DNA of 30,000 bases from Pseudomonas faucium (GTDB lineage: Bacteria > Pseudomonadota > Gammaproteobacteria > Pseudomonadales > Pseudomonadaceae). Both the position numbers and the translations under genes were made by a program. Of the stretch, positions 7,283-15,955 are shown in pieces (within the stretch, counting starts at the first letter, position 1; every line of letters begins with the position of its first letter). The notes under the pieces are model-generated. The model saw nothing but the letters and a program-made list of their open reading frames with translations. It had not been told where the DNA came from and searched no databases. The stretch spans positions 100,413 through 130,412 of the forward strand of contig NZ_BQIP01000011.1 of NCBI RefSeq assembly GCF_021602585.1. Reading direction: 5' to 3'.

Positions 7283-8499
7283 GTGCCGCAGCGAGGCAGG
7301 GGGATGCGATTGAGCACTCTAGTGCGTTTGGTGGCCTGCTCTCGGGGCTGGCGGTCGGAGCGGGGGCAGCCCTTATCGGTATCGCTATCGTCGGAACCGG
7401 CGGCATAGGTGCGGCGGCGCTGGCAGCTATGGTAGGTGCGGGGGCTACGACAGGTGCCGGCATTGGCCAGCTCATAGGCAGACTGTCATTTGCATGCAGG
7501 GAGACCGGGCAGATTGTTTCGGGATCGGACAACGTCCATATAAACGGCCGTCCTGCGGCCAGGGCGCATTTGGACACTGTTCAATGTGATGATCATCCCG
7601 GCGCTATGGGGAGAGTGGCTCAAGGAAGTACTTCGGTTTACATCAACGGTCAGTCTGCTGCACGCGTGGGGGACCGAAGCGTATGCGACGCGAAGATCTG
7701 CGTGGGTTCCGCAAACGTATGCATCGGCGGCGGAACTGCGACCACGGATGAGATAGAACCTGAAGTGCCTGTTGTGCTAGAGCGCGCCTTGATGGCAACC
7801 GGCCTTGCCAGTGCCTTAGTGCTGGCAAGTCCAATACTGGTAGTCGCAGGTATGGCCGGCGGCATTGTAGGAGGGATGGCGGGGCATTGGGCGGGTGGAG
7901 AACTTTATGGTGAAGGATCTGATGGCCAGAAGTTGATGGCCCTCGGAGGCACCTTACTTGGAGGGGGGATTGGGGCAAAGGGAGGGAAAGCCTTCGAAGC
8001 TCGCTATGAATTTAAGGTTCAAGGGCTGGGTTCTAATCTCAGTAACGTAAAGGTCTTGTCAAAGGCGGATGCTGGGCAAGGGCGAAGCTATCAGCGCAAA
8101 CTGAAGTATTTTAGTAATCAGGCAGTTGAATGGAGAGCGACACGCTCGGCAGGTACGGATTATACTTATAAAGTTTATCAGCGGAGAGATATAGATTGGC
8201 AGCAGGTGCGATCGGGAGGGGATAAGCGGTTCGTTGGAAAGACCAACAGGGAAGCTGCTGAAAGAGGGTTGTCTCCACAGCTTTCCGATGGAAGCTTCGT
8301 AACCCTTCACCACTTAGGGCAGAAAGCACCTGGGCCGCTGGTAGAGGCCAGTACTCGTTATCACGGTGTAGGGCGTTATGGGCAGAACGTTTTGCACAGT
8401 CAGTATGGAAGGAGTAAACCTCATCCTGACCTTAAGATCGACAGGAAAAAATTTGACGTCGATTGCCGCGAGTACTGGCAGTGGCGGTTGAATAATTGA
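7279..8499 (+). CDS. Class II prePAAR/PAAR effector with LHH-type HNH-like toxin, copy B
   Basis: Identical to 1221-2441 (offset 6058). Confidence 0.85.
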   Translation: MSAAARQGDAIEHSSAFGGLLSGLAVGAGAALIGIAIVGTGGIGAAALAAMVGAGATTGAGIGQLIGRLSFACRETGQIVSGSDNVHINGRPAARAHLDTVQCDDHPGAMGRVAQGSTSVYINGQSAARVGDRSVCDAKICVGSANVCIGGGTATTDEIEPEVPVVLERALMATGLASALVLASPILVVAGMAGGIVGGMAGHWAGGELYGEGSDGQKLMALGGTLLGGGIGAKGGKAFEARYEFKVQGLGSNLSNVKVLSKADAGQGRSYQRKLKYFSNQAVEWRATRSAGTDYTYKVYQRRDIDWQQVRSGGDKRFVGKTNREAAERGLSPQLSDGSFVTLHHLGQKAPGPLVEASTRYHGVGRYGQNVLHSQYGRSKPHPDLKIDRKKFDVDCREYWQWRLNN

Positions 8500-8513
8500 G
8501 TTAGGAGGGAGTT

Positions 8514-8978
8514 ATGATGGTTGAAAATTCGATTCTGAAAGAAAAGTATGTGTCGTTCTATGGGGTTGAAGCTTGCCCACCTGGCGAGGTGCTGGAAATT
8601 GAGAAGAAGCTGAATGTGACATTGCCCACGGATTTTAAAGAAATTTCAAGGTTTTATAGTGGTGGGCTTTTAGGTGGTATTAGCCATTTCTCTATTGCCA
8701 GCGGTGATGAGGAATTTAACGTGGTTAGCGAAACGCTGAGATTACGTCGTGCAGTGGGGTTAAATAGCAAATATGTTGCACTTGCGGAGCCTGCTGGGAG
8801 CTTGATTTTGCTAAATGTCTCGCAGGGTCCCGGGGTTGTTTGGTGTGATGCATTAGATATTGATGGGTTGGAAGTTGTGGATTTTTCGAATTTTATTGAG
8901 GCGTGGGATAGCTATGAACTTTTTTTTCAGTATCTGCTTGAACAGGAGAGGTTGGAGCGAGGTGGGGAAGGAAGTTGA
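8514..8978 (+). CDS. SMI1/KNR4 (SUKH-1) immunity protein, copy B
   Basis: Identical to 2456-2920. Confidence 0.8.
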   Translation: MMVENSILKEKYVSFYGVEACPPGEVLEIEKKLNVTLPTDFKEISRFYSGGLLGGISHFSIASGDEEFNVVSETLRLRRAVGLNSKYVALAEPAGSLILLNVSQGPGVVWCDALDIDGLEVVDFSNFIEAWDSYELFFQYLLEQERLERGGEGS

Positions 8979-9021
8979 AAGCTTCAGGATCGCTCCTGCA
9001 ACAAGCTATATGTGGTGTTAA

Positions 9022-9441
9022 ATGTTCTACTTTATAGAGCCTGAGGTCGCTGGAGGATTGGGTGAAGGGGCGGTCATCGACACTGCAATTACACCACCCT
9101 ATGTAAGTTTCTTGGAATATGAGTTTTCTGGATGGTTGGGCGATGAATTGCTTGAGGCATTTCCCTGCTTTGTGATTACGCAGCGTTTGGCTAGGGCGCT
9201 GACGCAGCATCAACTCACAGGCTTCACGTTAGATGTTGCAGCGGTAAAGAAAACTGAAGAATTCAAGATAATGCATCCATTGATCGTGCTTCCTGACTTC
9301 CTATGGTTGAAGGTACATGGAGTTGTAGGTTCCTCTGACTTTGGCATAGCTCAGGATCGTCGGCTCGTTGTGTCTGAGACAGCACTGGTTATTCTTCGAG
9401 GCTACGGACTGAATTATGCAGATGTTGAGCTGTATCCATAG
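9022..9441 (+). CDS. Hypothetical 139-aa protein, possible immunity, copy B
   Basis: Identical to 2964-3383. Confidence 0.5.
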   Translation: MFYFIEPEVAGGLGEGAVIDTAITPPYVSFLEYEFSGWLGDELLEAFPCFVITQRLARALTQHQLTGFTLDVAAVKKTEEFKIMHPLIVLPDFLWLKVHGVVGSSDFGIAQDRRLVVSETALVILRGYGLNYADVELYP

Positions 9442-9585
9442 CTTGAGTTGGAGGTCAAGGCAGGCATGACGTTGTGAGAGATTAAATGGCTAGAGATTCA
9501 CACTGTTCCCCTTGTCTAGCGCTGGGCCAAGTGAGGCTTCAAGCAAGGCTCAAAGATAGGATATAGGGTCGGGGGTGTTGAGTGC

Positions 9586-10065
9586 ATGGGTTTTAAGAAT
9601 GCAACTTACGCAAAAATTGCAGATTTGCGCGCTCGGTTGAATGAAGGCGAAATATATCTGGGGCCGCCTGCAACGATGAGTGATATAGCAAATTTAACCA
9701 ATGCTGTGTGGGGCGAAATGGCCGCTGCGCTACCTCCTGAGTATTTGGATTTTCTCCAGAATTTCGACGGCCTAGTTGCGTGTGGTGTTTTTATTTATTC
9801 AAGTCGCACGCGCACGAAAGCTGATGGAAAATTAGCGCGACATGATTTTCTTGGAATGAATAGGCTTGGGCGTGAATCGGGCTGCATGGATGATTTTTTG
9901 GTTTTCGGAGGCAGTGACTTAGATGAGTATGTGTTGGACTTGGTGCGAGGTAAGTATCAGGTGCGCGACAGAGTCGCTTTTGATAACGTGTATGAAGAAT
10001 TTGACACTTTTGAAGGTCTGTTGGGGCATATGGTTGATTTGATTGTTCATTGGTCGAAGAATTAA
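9586..10065 (+). CDS. Second SUKH-family immunity-like protein, copy B
   Basis: Identical to 3528-4007. Confidence 0.7.
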   Translation: MGFKNATYAKIADLRARLNEGEIYLGPPATMSDIANLTNAVWGEMAAALPPEYLDFLQNFDGLVACGVFIYSSRTRTKADGKLARHDFLGMNRLGRESGCMDDFLVFGGSDLDEYVLDLVRGKYQVRDRVAFDNVYEEFDTFEGLLGHMVDLIVHWSKN

Positions 10066-10220
10066 AAATACCGACAGATAGGAATGAGGGAGGGTGAAAG
10101 TAGGAGGGTCGAGTGGGGATGATTGATGTGGAAATCTACCCTGGTTCAGGGGGCGCTATGAATGACTCGACAGTAGCGAACATTTTAGGATCGCACGGTA
10201 AGCGTGTTTGGATATCTTCA

Positions 10221-10250
10221 GATCAAGCGCCGCGCGGGCGGCGCTCGATC
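10221..10250. terminator. REP-derived hairpin between the convergent immunity gene and eamA-like gene
   Basis: gatcaagcgccgc / gcgg / gcggcgctcgatc gives a 13-bp stem with one mismatch and a 4-nt loop. There is no U-tract, so terminator function is inferred only from its position between convergent genes. Confidence 0.4.
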
Positions 10251-10282
10251 TCACGGCCAGCAAAAAAGCCGTGACTAGCCCC

Positions 10283-11167
10283 TCACCCCCGCGTCGCCTG
10301 CCAACACAACAACGACCCCACCGTCACCAACACCGCCCCTTGCCAGAACTGCAACCCCAGCTGCGCCCCAAGCCAAGCCGCAGCAAACGCCGATGACAAC
10401 ACCGGCGCCGCATACGAAGCCGTCGCCAGCAACGTCAGGTTGCCGCGCAAGATGCCGATGTTCCAAAGCGCATAACCCCCGGCCATACCCACCGCCGCCG
10501 CCAGCAGCTCCAGGCTGTGCACCAGCGAAAAAGCCGGCAGCGCCTCGCTGCTGAACAGGTACTTCACCCACAGCACCCCAGCCGTCAGCACAAAGAACAG
10601 CGCCACATGACTCTGCCCATTGGCATAGCGCCGGGTCACGTTGCAGTACAAGGCAAAGGTCACCGCACAGGCCGCCGCCAGGCTGTAGCTCAAGGGGTTG
10701 GACGCAATGTTGCTGGCGATGCTGGCCAGCGACAGCCCGTCGCTGCTCACCACCCAGAGAATTCCCAGCAGGGCAATGGCGGTGCCGGGCACGATCAACC
10801 AGCGCGCCGGCTGGCGGTTCATGAAGATCGCCAGCAACACCGTCAGGCTCGGCCACAGGTAATTGACCACCACCAACTGGATCGCCTGGGTACGGCTGAC
10901 GGCATACCCCAGTGCCAGGCACAGGCAGATCTCGTAGGCCACGAACAGCGCCGAGCCGCTGACCAGGTACAGCCGCGAGGCGTTGCGCAGGCGCGGGCGG
11001 CCGAGCAGCATCAGCAGCAGCGCGGCGCCGAGGGTGTAGATCAGCGCGGCGCCGCCGATGGGGCCGAAGTGTTCGCTGACACTGCGGATCAGGCCGCTGG
11101 CCGTGCTCCACAGCAGGATCGCCGCCAGGCCGCAGGCGGTCGCGGCTGAAGGGCTGGTGATGCGCAT
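10283..11167 (-). CDS. EamA/DMT-family (drug/metabolite) permease
   Basis: 294-aa polytopic hydrophobic protein with the two-fold EamA-like architecture. I chose the ATG at 11167 (MRITSPSAATACGLAAILLW..); the longer ORF to 11275 would overlap the LysR gene end. Confidence 0.75.
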   Translation of the reverse strand: MRITSPSAATACGLAAILLWSTASGLIRSVSEHFGPIGGAALIYTLGAALLLMLLGRPRLRNASRLYLVSGSALFVAYEICLCLALGYAVSRTQAIQLVVVNYLWPSLTVLLAIFMNRQPARWLIVPGTAIALLGILWVVSSDGLSLASIASNIASNPLSYSLAAACAVTFALYCNVTRRYANGQSHVALFFVLTAGVLWVKYLFSSEALPAFSLVHSLELLAAAVGMAGGYALWNIGILRGNLTLLATASYAAPVLSSAFAAAWLGAQLGLQFWQGAVLVTVGSLLCWQATRG

Positions 11168-11231
11168 GGGGCGGGCTCTCTTGGGTGAAAAAGCGCCAAG
11201 TCTAAAGGCTCGGCTGCCACGGGTCACGGGG

Positions 11232-12149
11232 TCAGCGCCGCGCCGAAAGCTGCTGCGGCGCCAGGAAGGCATCATGGAAGTAATTGCGCAGCGCCTGCAT
11301 CGCCGGGCTGAAGGCGCGTTCGCGGTGCCAGGCCAGGCCCACGCTCATCGGCGTCACCGGGTCGCTGATGGTCACGGTCTCGATGCGCTTGCCCTCCAGC
11401 GACCAGGGCCGGTGCACCAGGTCCGAAAGGATCGCCACGCCGCTGCCGTTGGCGACCATGCTGCGCACCGCCTCCACCGAACTGGTGCGCACCCGCACCG
11501 TGGGCCGCTGGCCGGCCTGCTCCCAGTAGCGCATGGCGCTCTGCTCGGCTTCATCGACCGTGAGCAGGATGTACGGCTCGCAGGCCACGTCGGCAAGGCT
11601 CACCGCCGAGCGCTCGCACAGCGGGTGATGGCCGGGTAGCCACAGGCGGCGCTCGGAGTTGAACAGGGTTTCGGAGACGATGTCCGGGTGGGTGAGGTTG
11701 GCGGTGAGCACCACGGCCATGTCGAAACGCCCGTCCAGCAGGCCTTGCTCGATGGCGCTGCGCTCCTGTTCGTGCACCTCCAGCGACACATCCGGGTGCC
11801 AGTGCGCCAGGCGCTGCAGGTGGTGGGGCAGGAAGTAGCCAATCACCGTGTAGCTGGCCGCCAGGCGCAGCAGGCCGCTGGCGCGCACGTCGGGCAGGGG
11901 GCTGTTCAGCGCATCGTCGACGCTGCGCAAGATCACGTAGGCGCGGTTGAGAAAGTGCCGGCCGGCATCGGTCAGGTTCATGCCCTGGGGCGAGCGCTGG
12001 AACAGCAGCACGCCGAGCATCGCTTCGAGCTCCTTGATCGCGGTGGTCACCGCCGATTGGGAGATGTTCAGGTGGATCGCGGCCTGGGAGATCTGGCCAA
12101 TCTCGGCGGTGGCGACGAAGTAGCGAACCTGGCGCAGGGTCAGTGACAC
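11232..12149 (-). CDS. LysR-family transcriptional regulator
   Basis: GTG at 12149 lies 8 nt after AGGAG. The N-terminal wHTH reads LTLRQVRYFVATAEIGQISQAAIHLNISQSAVTTAIKELE, followed by a LysR substrate-binding-like remainder. The gene is divergent from pxpA. Confidence 0.85.
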   Translation of the reverse strand: MSLTLRQVRYFVATAEIGQISQAAIHLNISQSAVTTAIKELEAMLGVLLFQRSPQGMNLTDAGRHFLNRAYVILRSVDDALNSPLPDVRASGLLRLAASYTVIGYFLPHHLQRLAHWHPDVSLEVHEQERSAIEQGLLDGRFDMAVVLTANLTHPDIVSETLFNSERRLWLPGHHPLCERSAVSLADVACEPYILLTVDEAEQSAMRYWEQAGQRPTVRVRTSSVEAVRSMVANGSGVAILSDLVHRPWSLEGKRIETVTISDPVTPMSVGLAWHRERAFSPAMQALRNYFHDAFLAPQQLSARR

Positions 12150-12165
12150 GATGACGGCTCCTGGG

Positions 12166-12203
12166 TATCTGTTTTTCAGAAGACACCCTATCTGTTTATA
12201 GAT
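12166..12203. promoter_or_regulatory. Candidate LysR-binding region in the divergent promoter
   Basis: TATCTGTTT occurs twice (12166-12174 and 12189-12197). The second copy is part of the palindrome ATCT-GTTTAT-AGAT (12190-12203). The region lies between the lysR start (12149) and the pxpA start (12270). Confidence 0.35.
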
Positions 12204-12269
12204 CTTCCCAAGGGGGTGGGGAGAATCTAACGTGGCCTGCATGCAGCCACAAGCACCAGGAGAACCAGC

Positions 12270-13028
12270 ATGCAGGCGGTGGATTTCAATTCGGACATGG
12301 GTGAGGGTTTCGGCCCGTGGACCATCGGTGATGGCGTCGACAACGAGCTGATGGCGTTCATCAGCTCGGCCAACGTCGCCACCGGCTTCCACGCCGGCGA
12401 CCCTGGCACCATGCGCCGCACGGTCGAGCGGGCCAAGGAGCTGGGCGTAGCCGTGGGGGCGCACCCGGGCTTTCGTGACCTGGTCGGCTTTGGCCGCCGG
12501 CACATCAACGCGCCGGCCCAGGAGCTGGTCGACGACATGCTCTACCAGCTCGGCGCGCTGCGTGAAATCGCCCGCGCCCAGGGCGTCAGCCTGCAGCACA
12601 TCAAGCCGCATGGTGCGCTGTACATGCACCTGGCCCGTGATGAAGAGGCGGCGCGGCTGCTGGTGGAAAACCTGCAAGTGATCGAGCCCACGCTGCTGCT
12701 GTACTGCATGCCGGGTTCGGTGATCTGCCGGATCGCCCAGGCGCTTGGCCAGCCGGTGGTGCGTGAGTTCTACGCCGACCGCGAATACGACCTCAGTGGC
12801 TCGATCGTGTTCACCCGCAACGTGCGCGGCTACGAGCCGCAGCGGGTTGCCGAGCGCGTGCTGCGCGCCTGCCAGGAAGGCGTGGTGCGCACCGTCGAAG
12901 GCCAGGACCTGGCCATCGAGTTCGACTCCATCTGCCTGCACAGCGACACGCCCGGCGCCCTGGGCCTGGTCGAGGCCACGCGCGCGGCCCTGGATGGCGC
13001 CGGTATCCAGGTGCGCGCCCCGCGTTAA
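12270..13028 (+). CDS. pxpA: LamB/YcsF family protein (5-oxoprolinase subunit A-like)
   Basis: AGGAGAA precedes the ATG. The 252-aa product starts with the family-typical [40 protein letters not shown]. Confidence 0.85.
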   Translation: MQAVDFNSDMGEGFGPWTIGDGVDNELMAFISSANVATGFHAGDPGTMRRTVERAKELGVAVGAHPGFRDLVGFGRRHINAPAQELVDDMLYQLGALREIARAQGVSLQHIKPHGALYMHLARDEEAARLLVENLQVIEPTLLLYCMPGSVICRIAQALGQPVVREFYADREYDLSGSIVFTRNVRGYEPQRVAERVLRACQEGVVRTVEGQDLAIEFDSICLHSDTPGALGLVEATRAALDGAGIQVRAPR

Positions 13029-13096
13029 GCGCCATTTGCCGCACCGCATTGTTTTTGCCTGCCTTACCGATAAAGATTCCAAGAAAAGGAGCAGAC

Positions 13097-13984
13097 ATGG
13101 CCGAGCCGCTTGCCACCACCCCCATCCGCTACAGCTTCGGTGCCGACGAGCACCTGTTCGCCGAGGTCAGCGAGAGCATGTCGCTGGAGGCCTTCTTCAA
13201 AGGGCTGGCGGTGACCCGCGCCGTCGAGCGCCTGGCGCTGGAGGGCGTGCTCGACGTGTGCCTGGCCAACGCCTCGTTCCAGATCCGCTTCGACCCCGAC
13301 CGCATCGCGCCCGAGGCGCTGCTCGAAGCGGTGCGCGGCGCCGAGGCCGAGGCCGTGGCGGAGCGCTCGTTGAGCACGCGCATCATCGAGATCCCGGTGC
13401 TGTACAACGACCCCTGGACCCATGAAACCCTGATGCGTTTTCGTGACCGCCACCAGGACCCGCAGAGCACCGACCTGGAATACGCCGCGCGGATCAACGG
13501 CCTGGCCGACGTCGAGGCGTTCGTTGCCGCGCACAGTGGGGCGCCGTGGTTCGTGTCGATGGTCGGCTTCGTCGCCGGCTTGCCGTTCATGTTCCAGATG
13601 GTCGAGCAGCAGCGCCAGTTGCAGGTGCCCAAGTACCTGCGCCCGCGCACCGACACGCCCAAGCTCACCCTCGGCCATGGCGGCTGTTTCGGCTGCATCT
13701 ATTCGGTGCGTGGCGCCGGCGGCTACCAGATGTTCGGCGTCACCCCGGCGCCGATCTACGACCCGCAGCAGAGCCTGGCCTACCTGAAGGAGCACATGGT
13801 GTTCTTCCGCCCGGGCGACATCGTGCAGTTCAAGCCCATCGACCGGCGCAGCTACGACCAGGCCGTGGCCGACGTCGAGGACGGGCGCTTCGACCTGCGC
13901 ATCCGCCCGGTGGAGTTCTCCCTGGATGCATTTCTCGCCGACCCCGTCGGTTACCCCAAGACGCTGCAGGAGGCGCTGGCATGA
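13097..13984 (+). CDS. pxpB: Allophanate hydrolase subunit 1 / KipI-like (5-oxoprolinase subunit B-like)
   Basis: AAGGAG (13086-13091), then ATG at 13097. The product is 295 aa with a KipI-like pattern. The stop overlaps the next start (ATGA at 13981-13984). Confidence 0.75.
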   Translation: MAEPLATTPIRYSFGADEHLFAEVSESMSLEAFFKGLAVTRAVERLALEGVLDVCLANASFQIRFDPDRIAPEALLEAVRGAEAEAVAERSLSTRIIEIPVLYNDPWTHETLMRFRDRHQDPQSTDLEYAARINGLADVEAFVAAHSGAPWFVSMVGFVAGLPFMFQMVEQQRQLQVPKYLRPRTDTPKLTLGHGGCFGCIYSVRGAGGYQMFGVTPAPIYDPQQSLAYLKEHMVFFRPGDIVQFKPIDRRSYDQAVADVEDGRFDLRIRPVEFSLDAFLADPVGYPKTLQEALA

Positions 13985-14952
13985 TCAAGGTACTCAAACC
14001 TGGCCTGGCCACCTCGGTGCAGGACCTTGGCCGCGAAGGCTTCTATCACCTGGGCATCCCACCCTCGGGCGCGCTCGACCAGTACGCGCTGCGTGCGGCC
14101 AACCACCTGGTCGGCAACCCGGCGGGCGCTGCCGGCATCGAATGCGCGCTGGTGGGGCCGGAGCTCGAGTTCCAGCACGATGCCCTGGTGGCGGTGTGTG
14201 GCGCACAGATGCCGGTGCTGCTCGATGGCCGTGAGCAGCACCCGTACACCGCCTTTGCCGTCCGGGCCGGGCAGGTGCTGCGTTTGGGCTTCCCCACGGC
14301 AGGGGCGCGGGCTTACCTGGCCGTGGCCGGGGGCATCGATGTGCCTGAAGTGCTGGGCAGTCGCTCGACCTACGCCCTGGGCGCCCTTGGCGGCCATCAG
14401 GGGCGCAAGCTGATGGCGGGTGACGTGCTGCCGGTTGGCCAGGCCAGCGGCAAGACCCGCGCCGGGGCCAGCCTGCCCATGGCGCTGCGCCAGGCGCTGG
14501 GTGGCGAGGTGGTGTTGCGGGTGGTGCCGGGGTTGTATTTCCATCGCCTGAGCGAGGCCGCGGCGCAGAGCTTCTTCACCGATGCCTGGACCGTGGGGTC
14601 GGAGGCGGACCGCATCGGCTACCGCTACAAGGGCGGGGGCGCGTTGAGCTTCCAGCCCCGCGAGCAGCCGTTCGGGGCGGGCTCGGACCCTTCGAACATC
14701 GTCGACAGCTGCTACCCGATCGGCTCGATCCAGGTGCCGGCAGGGCTCGAACCGATCATCCTGCACCGCGATGCGGTGTCGGGTGGGGGCTACGCCATGA
14801 TCGGCACGGTGATCAGCGCCGACCTGGACCTGGTGGGGCAGATGCAGCCCAACCAGCAAGCGCGGTTCTTGCCGGTGAGCATGGACGAAGCGCTGGAGGC
14901 GCGGCGGTCGTACAAGAAGAAGCTGGGGTGCCTGGCCAAGCTGTTCGGCTGA
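13981..14952 (+). CDS. pxpC: Allophanate hydrolase subunit 2 / KipA-like (5-oxoprolinase subunit C-like)
   Basis: 323-aa product starting MIKVLKPGLATSVQDLGR.G....G.P.SGA.D, typical of the family. Translationally coupled to the upstream gene. Confidence 0.8.
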   Translation: MIKVLKPGLATSVQDLGREGFYHLGIPPSGALDQYALRAANHLVGNPAGAAGIECALVGPELEFQHDALVAVCGAQMPVLLDGREQHPYTAFAVRAGQVLRLGFPTAGARAYLAVAGGIDVPEVLGSRSTYALGALGGHQGRKLMAGDVLPVGQASGKTRAGASLPMALRQALGGEVVLRVVPGLYFHRLSEAAAQSFFTDAWTVGSEADRIGYRYKGGGALSFQPREQPFGAGSDPSNIVDSCYPIGSIQVPAGLEPIILHRDAVSGGGYAMIGTVISADLDLVGQMQPNQQARFLPVSMDEALEARRSYKKKLGCLAKLFG

Positions 14953-14960
14953 TCATCCAT

Positions 14961-14988
14961 CCGTACCGTACTGCGTGGTACGGTACGG
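14961..14988. terminator. Bidirectional hairpin between convergent operons
   Basis: ccgtaccgtac (14961-14971) / tgcgtg / gtacggtacgg (14978-14988) gives a perfect 11-bp stem. It starts 9 nt after the pxpC stop and ends 45 nt from the minus-strand gene end. Confidence 0.5.
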
Positions 14989-15032
14989 TACGATTAATGC
15001 TTTCCCACAGGATTGGCTTTCGTCCCCCCCAA

Positions 15033-15890
15033 TCAGCAGTTTTGCTGCAGGCGCTCGGCACAGGTGCGCAGCACCTCCTCGGCCGGGCGCTGCCACCAGT
15101 TGTCACGCGAGAAGATCTCCACCTCGATAGCGCCCTGATACCCGGCCGCTTCCACCCCCTGGCGCAACCCACGCAGGTCGATGACGCCATCGCCCATCAT
15201 GCCGCGGTCGAGCAGCAGGTCGCGGGTCGGCACCAGCCAGTCGGACAGGTGCAGGCCGAGGATGCGCTGCTGCTGACCGGCGCGTTGCACCTGCTGGGCA
15301 AGCTTGGGGTCCCACCAGCAGTGGTAGGCATCGATGGCCACGCCCAGGCTCTGGAAGCCCCCCGGCTCAAGGGCCTCGCACAGGTCCAGGGCCTGTTCCA
15401 GGGTCGACAGGCACGAGCGGTCGGCCGCATACATCGGGTGCAGCGGCTCCAGGGCCAGGGCCACCCCGTGCCGGCGGGCATCTTCCAGCAGCCAGCCGAT
15501 ACCTTCGCTCACCTGCTGGCGGGCATCGGCGAGGTCGCGTGAACCTTGCGCCAGGCCGCCGACCACCATGATGAAACACTCGGCCTGCAGCTCGGCGGCT
15601 TCTTCGAGGGCTTTGCGGTTGTCGGCCACGGCGGCGGCGAAGGCCTCTCGGCTGGCCGCCGGCAGGTAGGTGGAGCGGCAGTAGGCATTGACCGTCAGCC
15701 CGCAGTCGCGCAGCTGCCGGCGCACCTGTTTCAGGTCCTGGCCTTGCAGGTCGCGGCGCCAGGGCGCGACCTGGCCGAAGCCGGCGCGGGCGATCAGCTC
15801 CAGGGTTTGGCCGAGGGGCAGGCGGTGGCCGAGGGTGGCGGTGTTGATCGAGCAGCGGTCGAGGCGCTGCGCCAGGGATGAAACGTTCAT
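15033..15890 (-). CDS. Sugar phosphate isomerase/epimerase (xylose-isomerase-like TIM barrel)
   Basis: 285-aa product with a TIM-barrel family pattern (..ALEPLHP....S.L.T..QAL.L.. and ..HLSDW..). I preferred the start at 15890 because the upstream ATG at 15926 lies inside a strong hairpin. Confidence 0.7.
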   Translation of the reverse strand: MNVSSLAQRLDRCSINTATLGHRLPLGQTLELIARAGFGQVAPWRRDLQGQDLKQVRRQLRDCGLTVNAYCRSTYLPAASREAFAAAVADNRKALEEAAELQAECFIMVVGGLAQGSRDLADARQQVSEGIGWLLEDARRHGVALALEPLHPMYAADRSCLSTLEQALDLCEALEPGGFQSLGVAIDAYHCWWDPKLAQQVQRAGQQQRILGLHLSDWLVPTRDLLLDRGMMGDGVIDLRGLRQGVEAAGYQGAIEVEIFSRDNWWQRPAEEVLRTCAERLQQNC

Positions 15891-15955
15891 GGGGCAATCA
15901 CCGTGGGCAGGTGGCAGAGGGCGCAACGCCGCAGGCCGCGGCGTTGCGCAAGGGG

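Larger units (their letters stand above)
6059..10238 (+). repeat. Tandem direct repeat, copy B (the full period is 4181-10238)
   Basis: Same comparison as copy A, with a constant offset of 6058. Confidence 0.95.

Noticed and set aside
12150-13082. N-terminal 311 codons of the 616-aa ORF 11232-13082
   Set aside because: Only the last 305 codons form the LysR protein (SD plus GTG at 12149). The upstream extension runs antisense through pxpA and is an open-frame artefact.
13546-13980. 5' extension of the 468-aa ORF 13546-14952
   Set aside because: It is out of frame within pxpB and has Arg/Pro-rich nonsense composition. The family-typical N-terminus MIKVLKPG starts at 13981 with an ATGA overlap.
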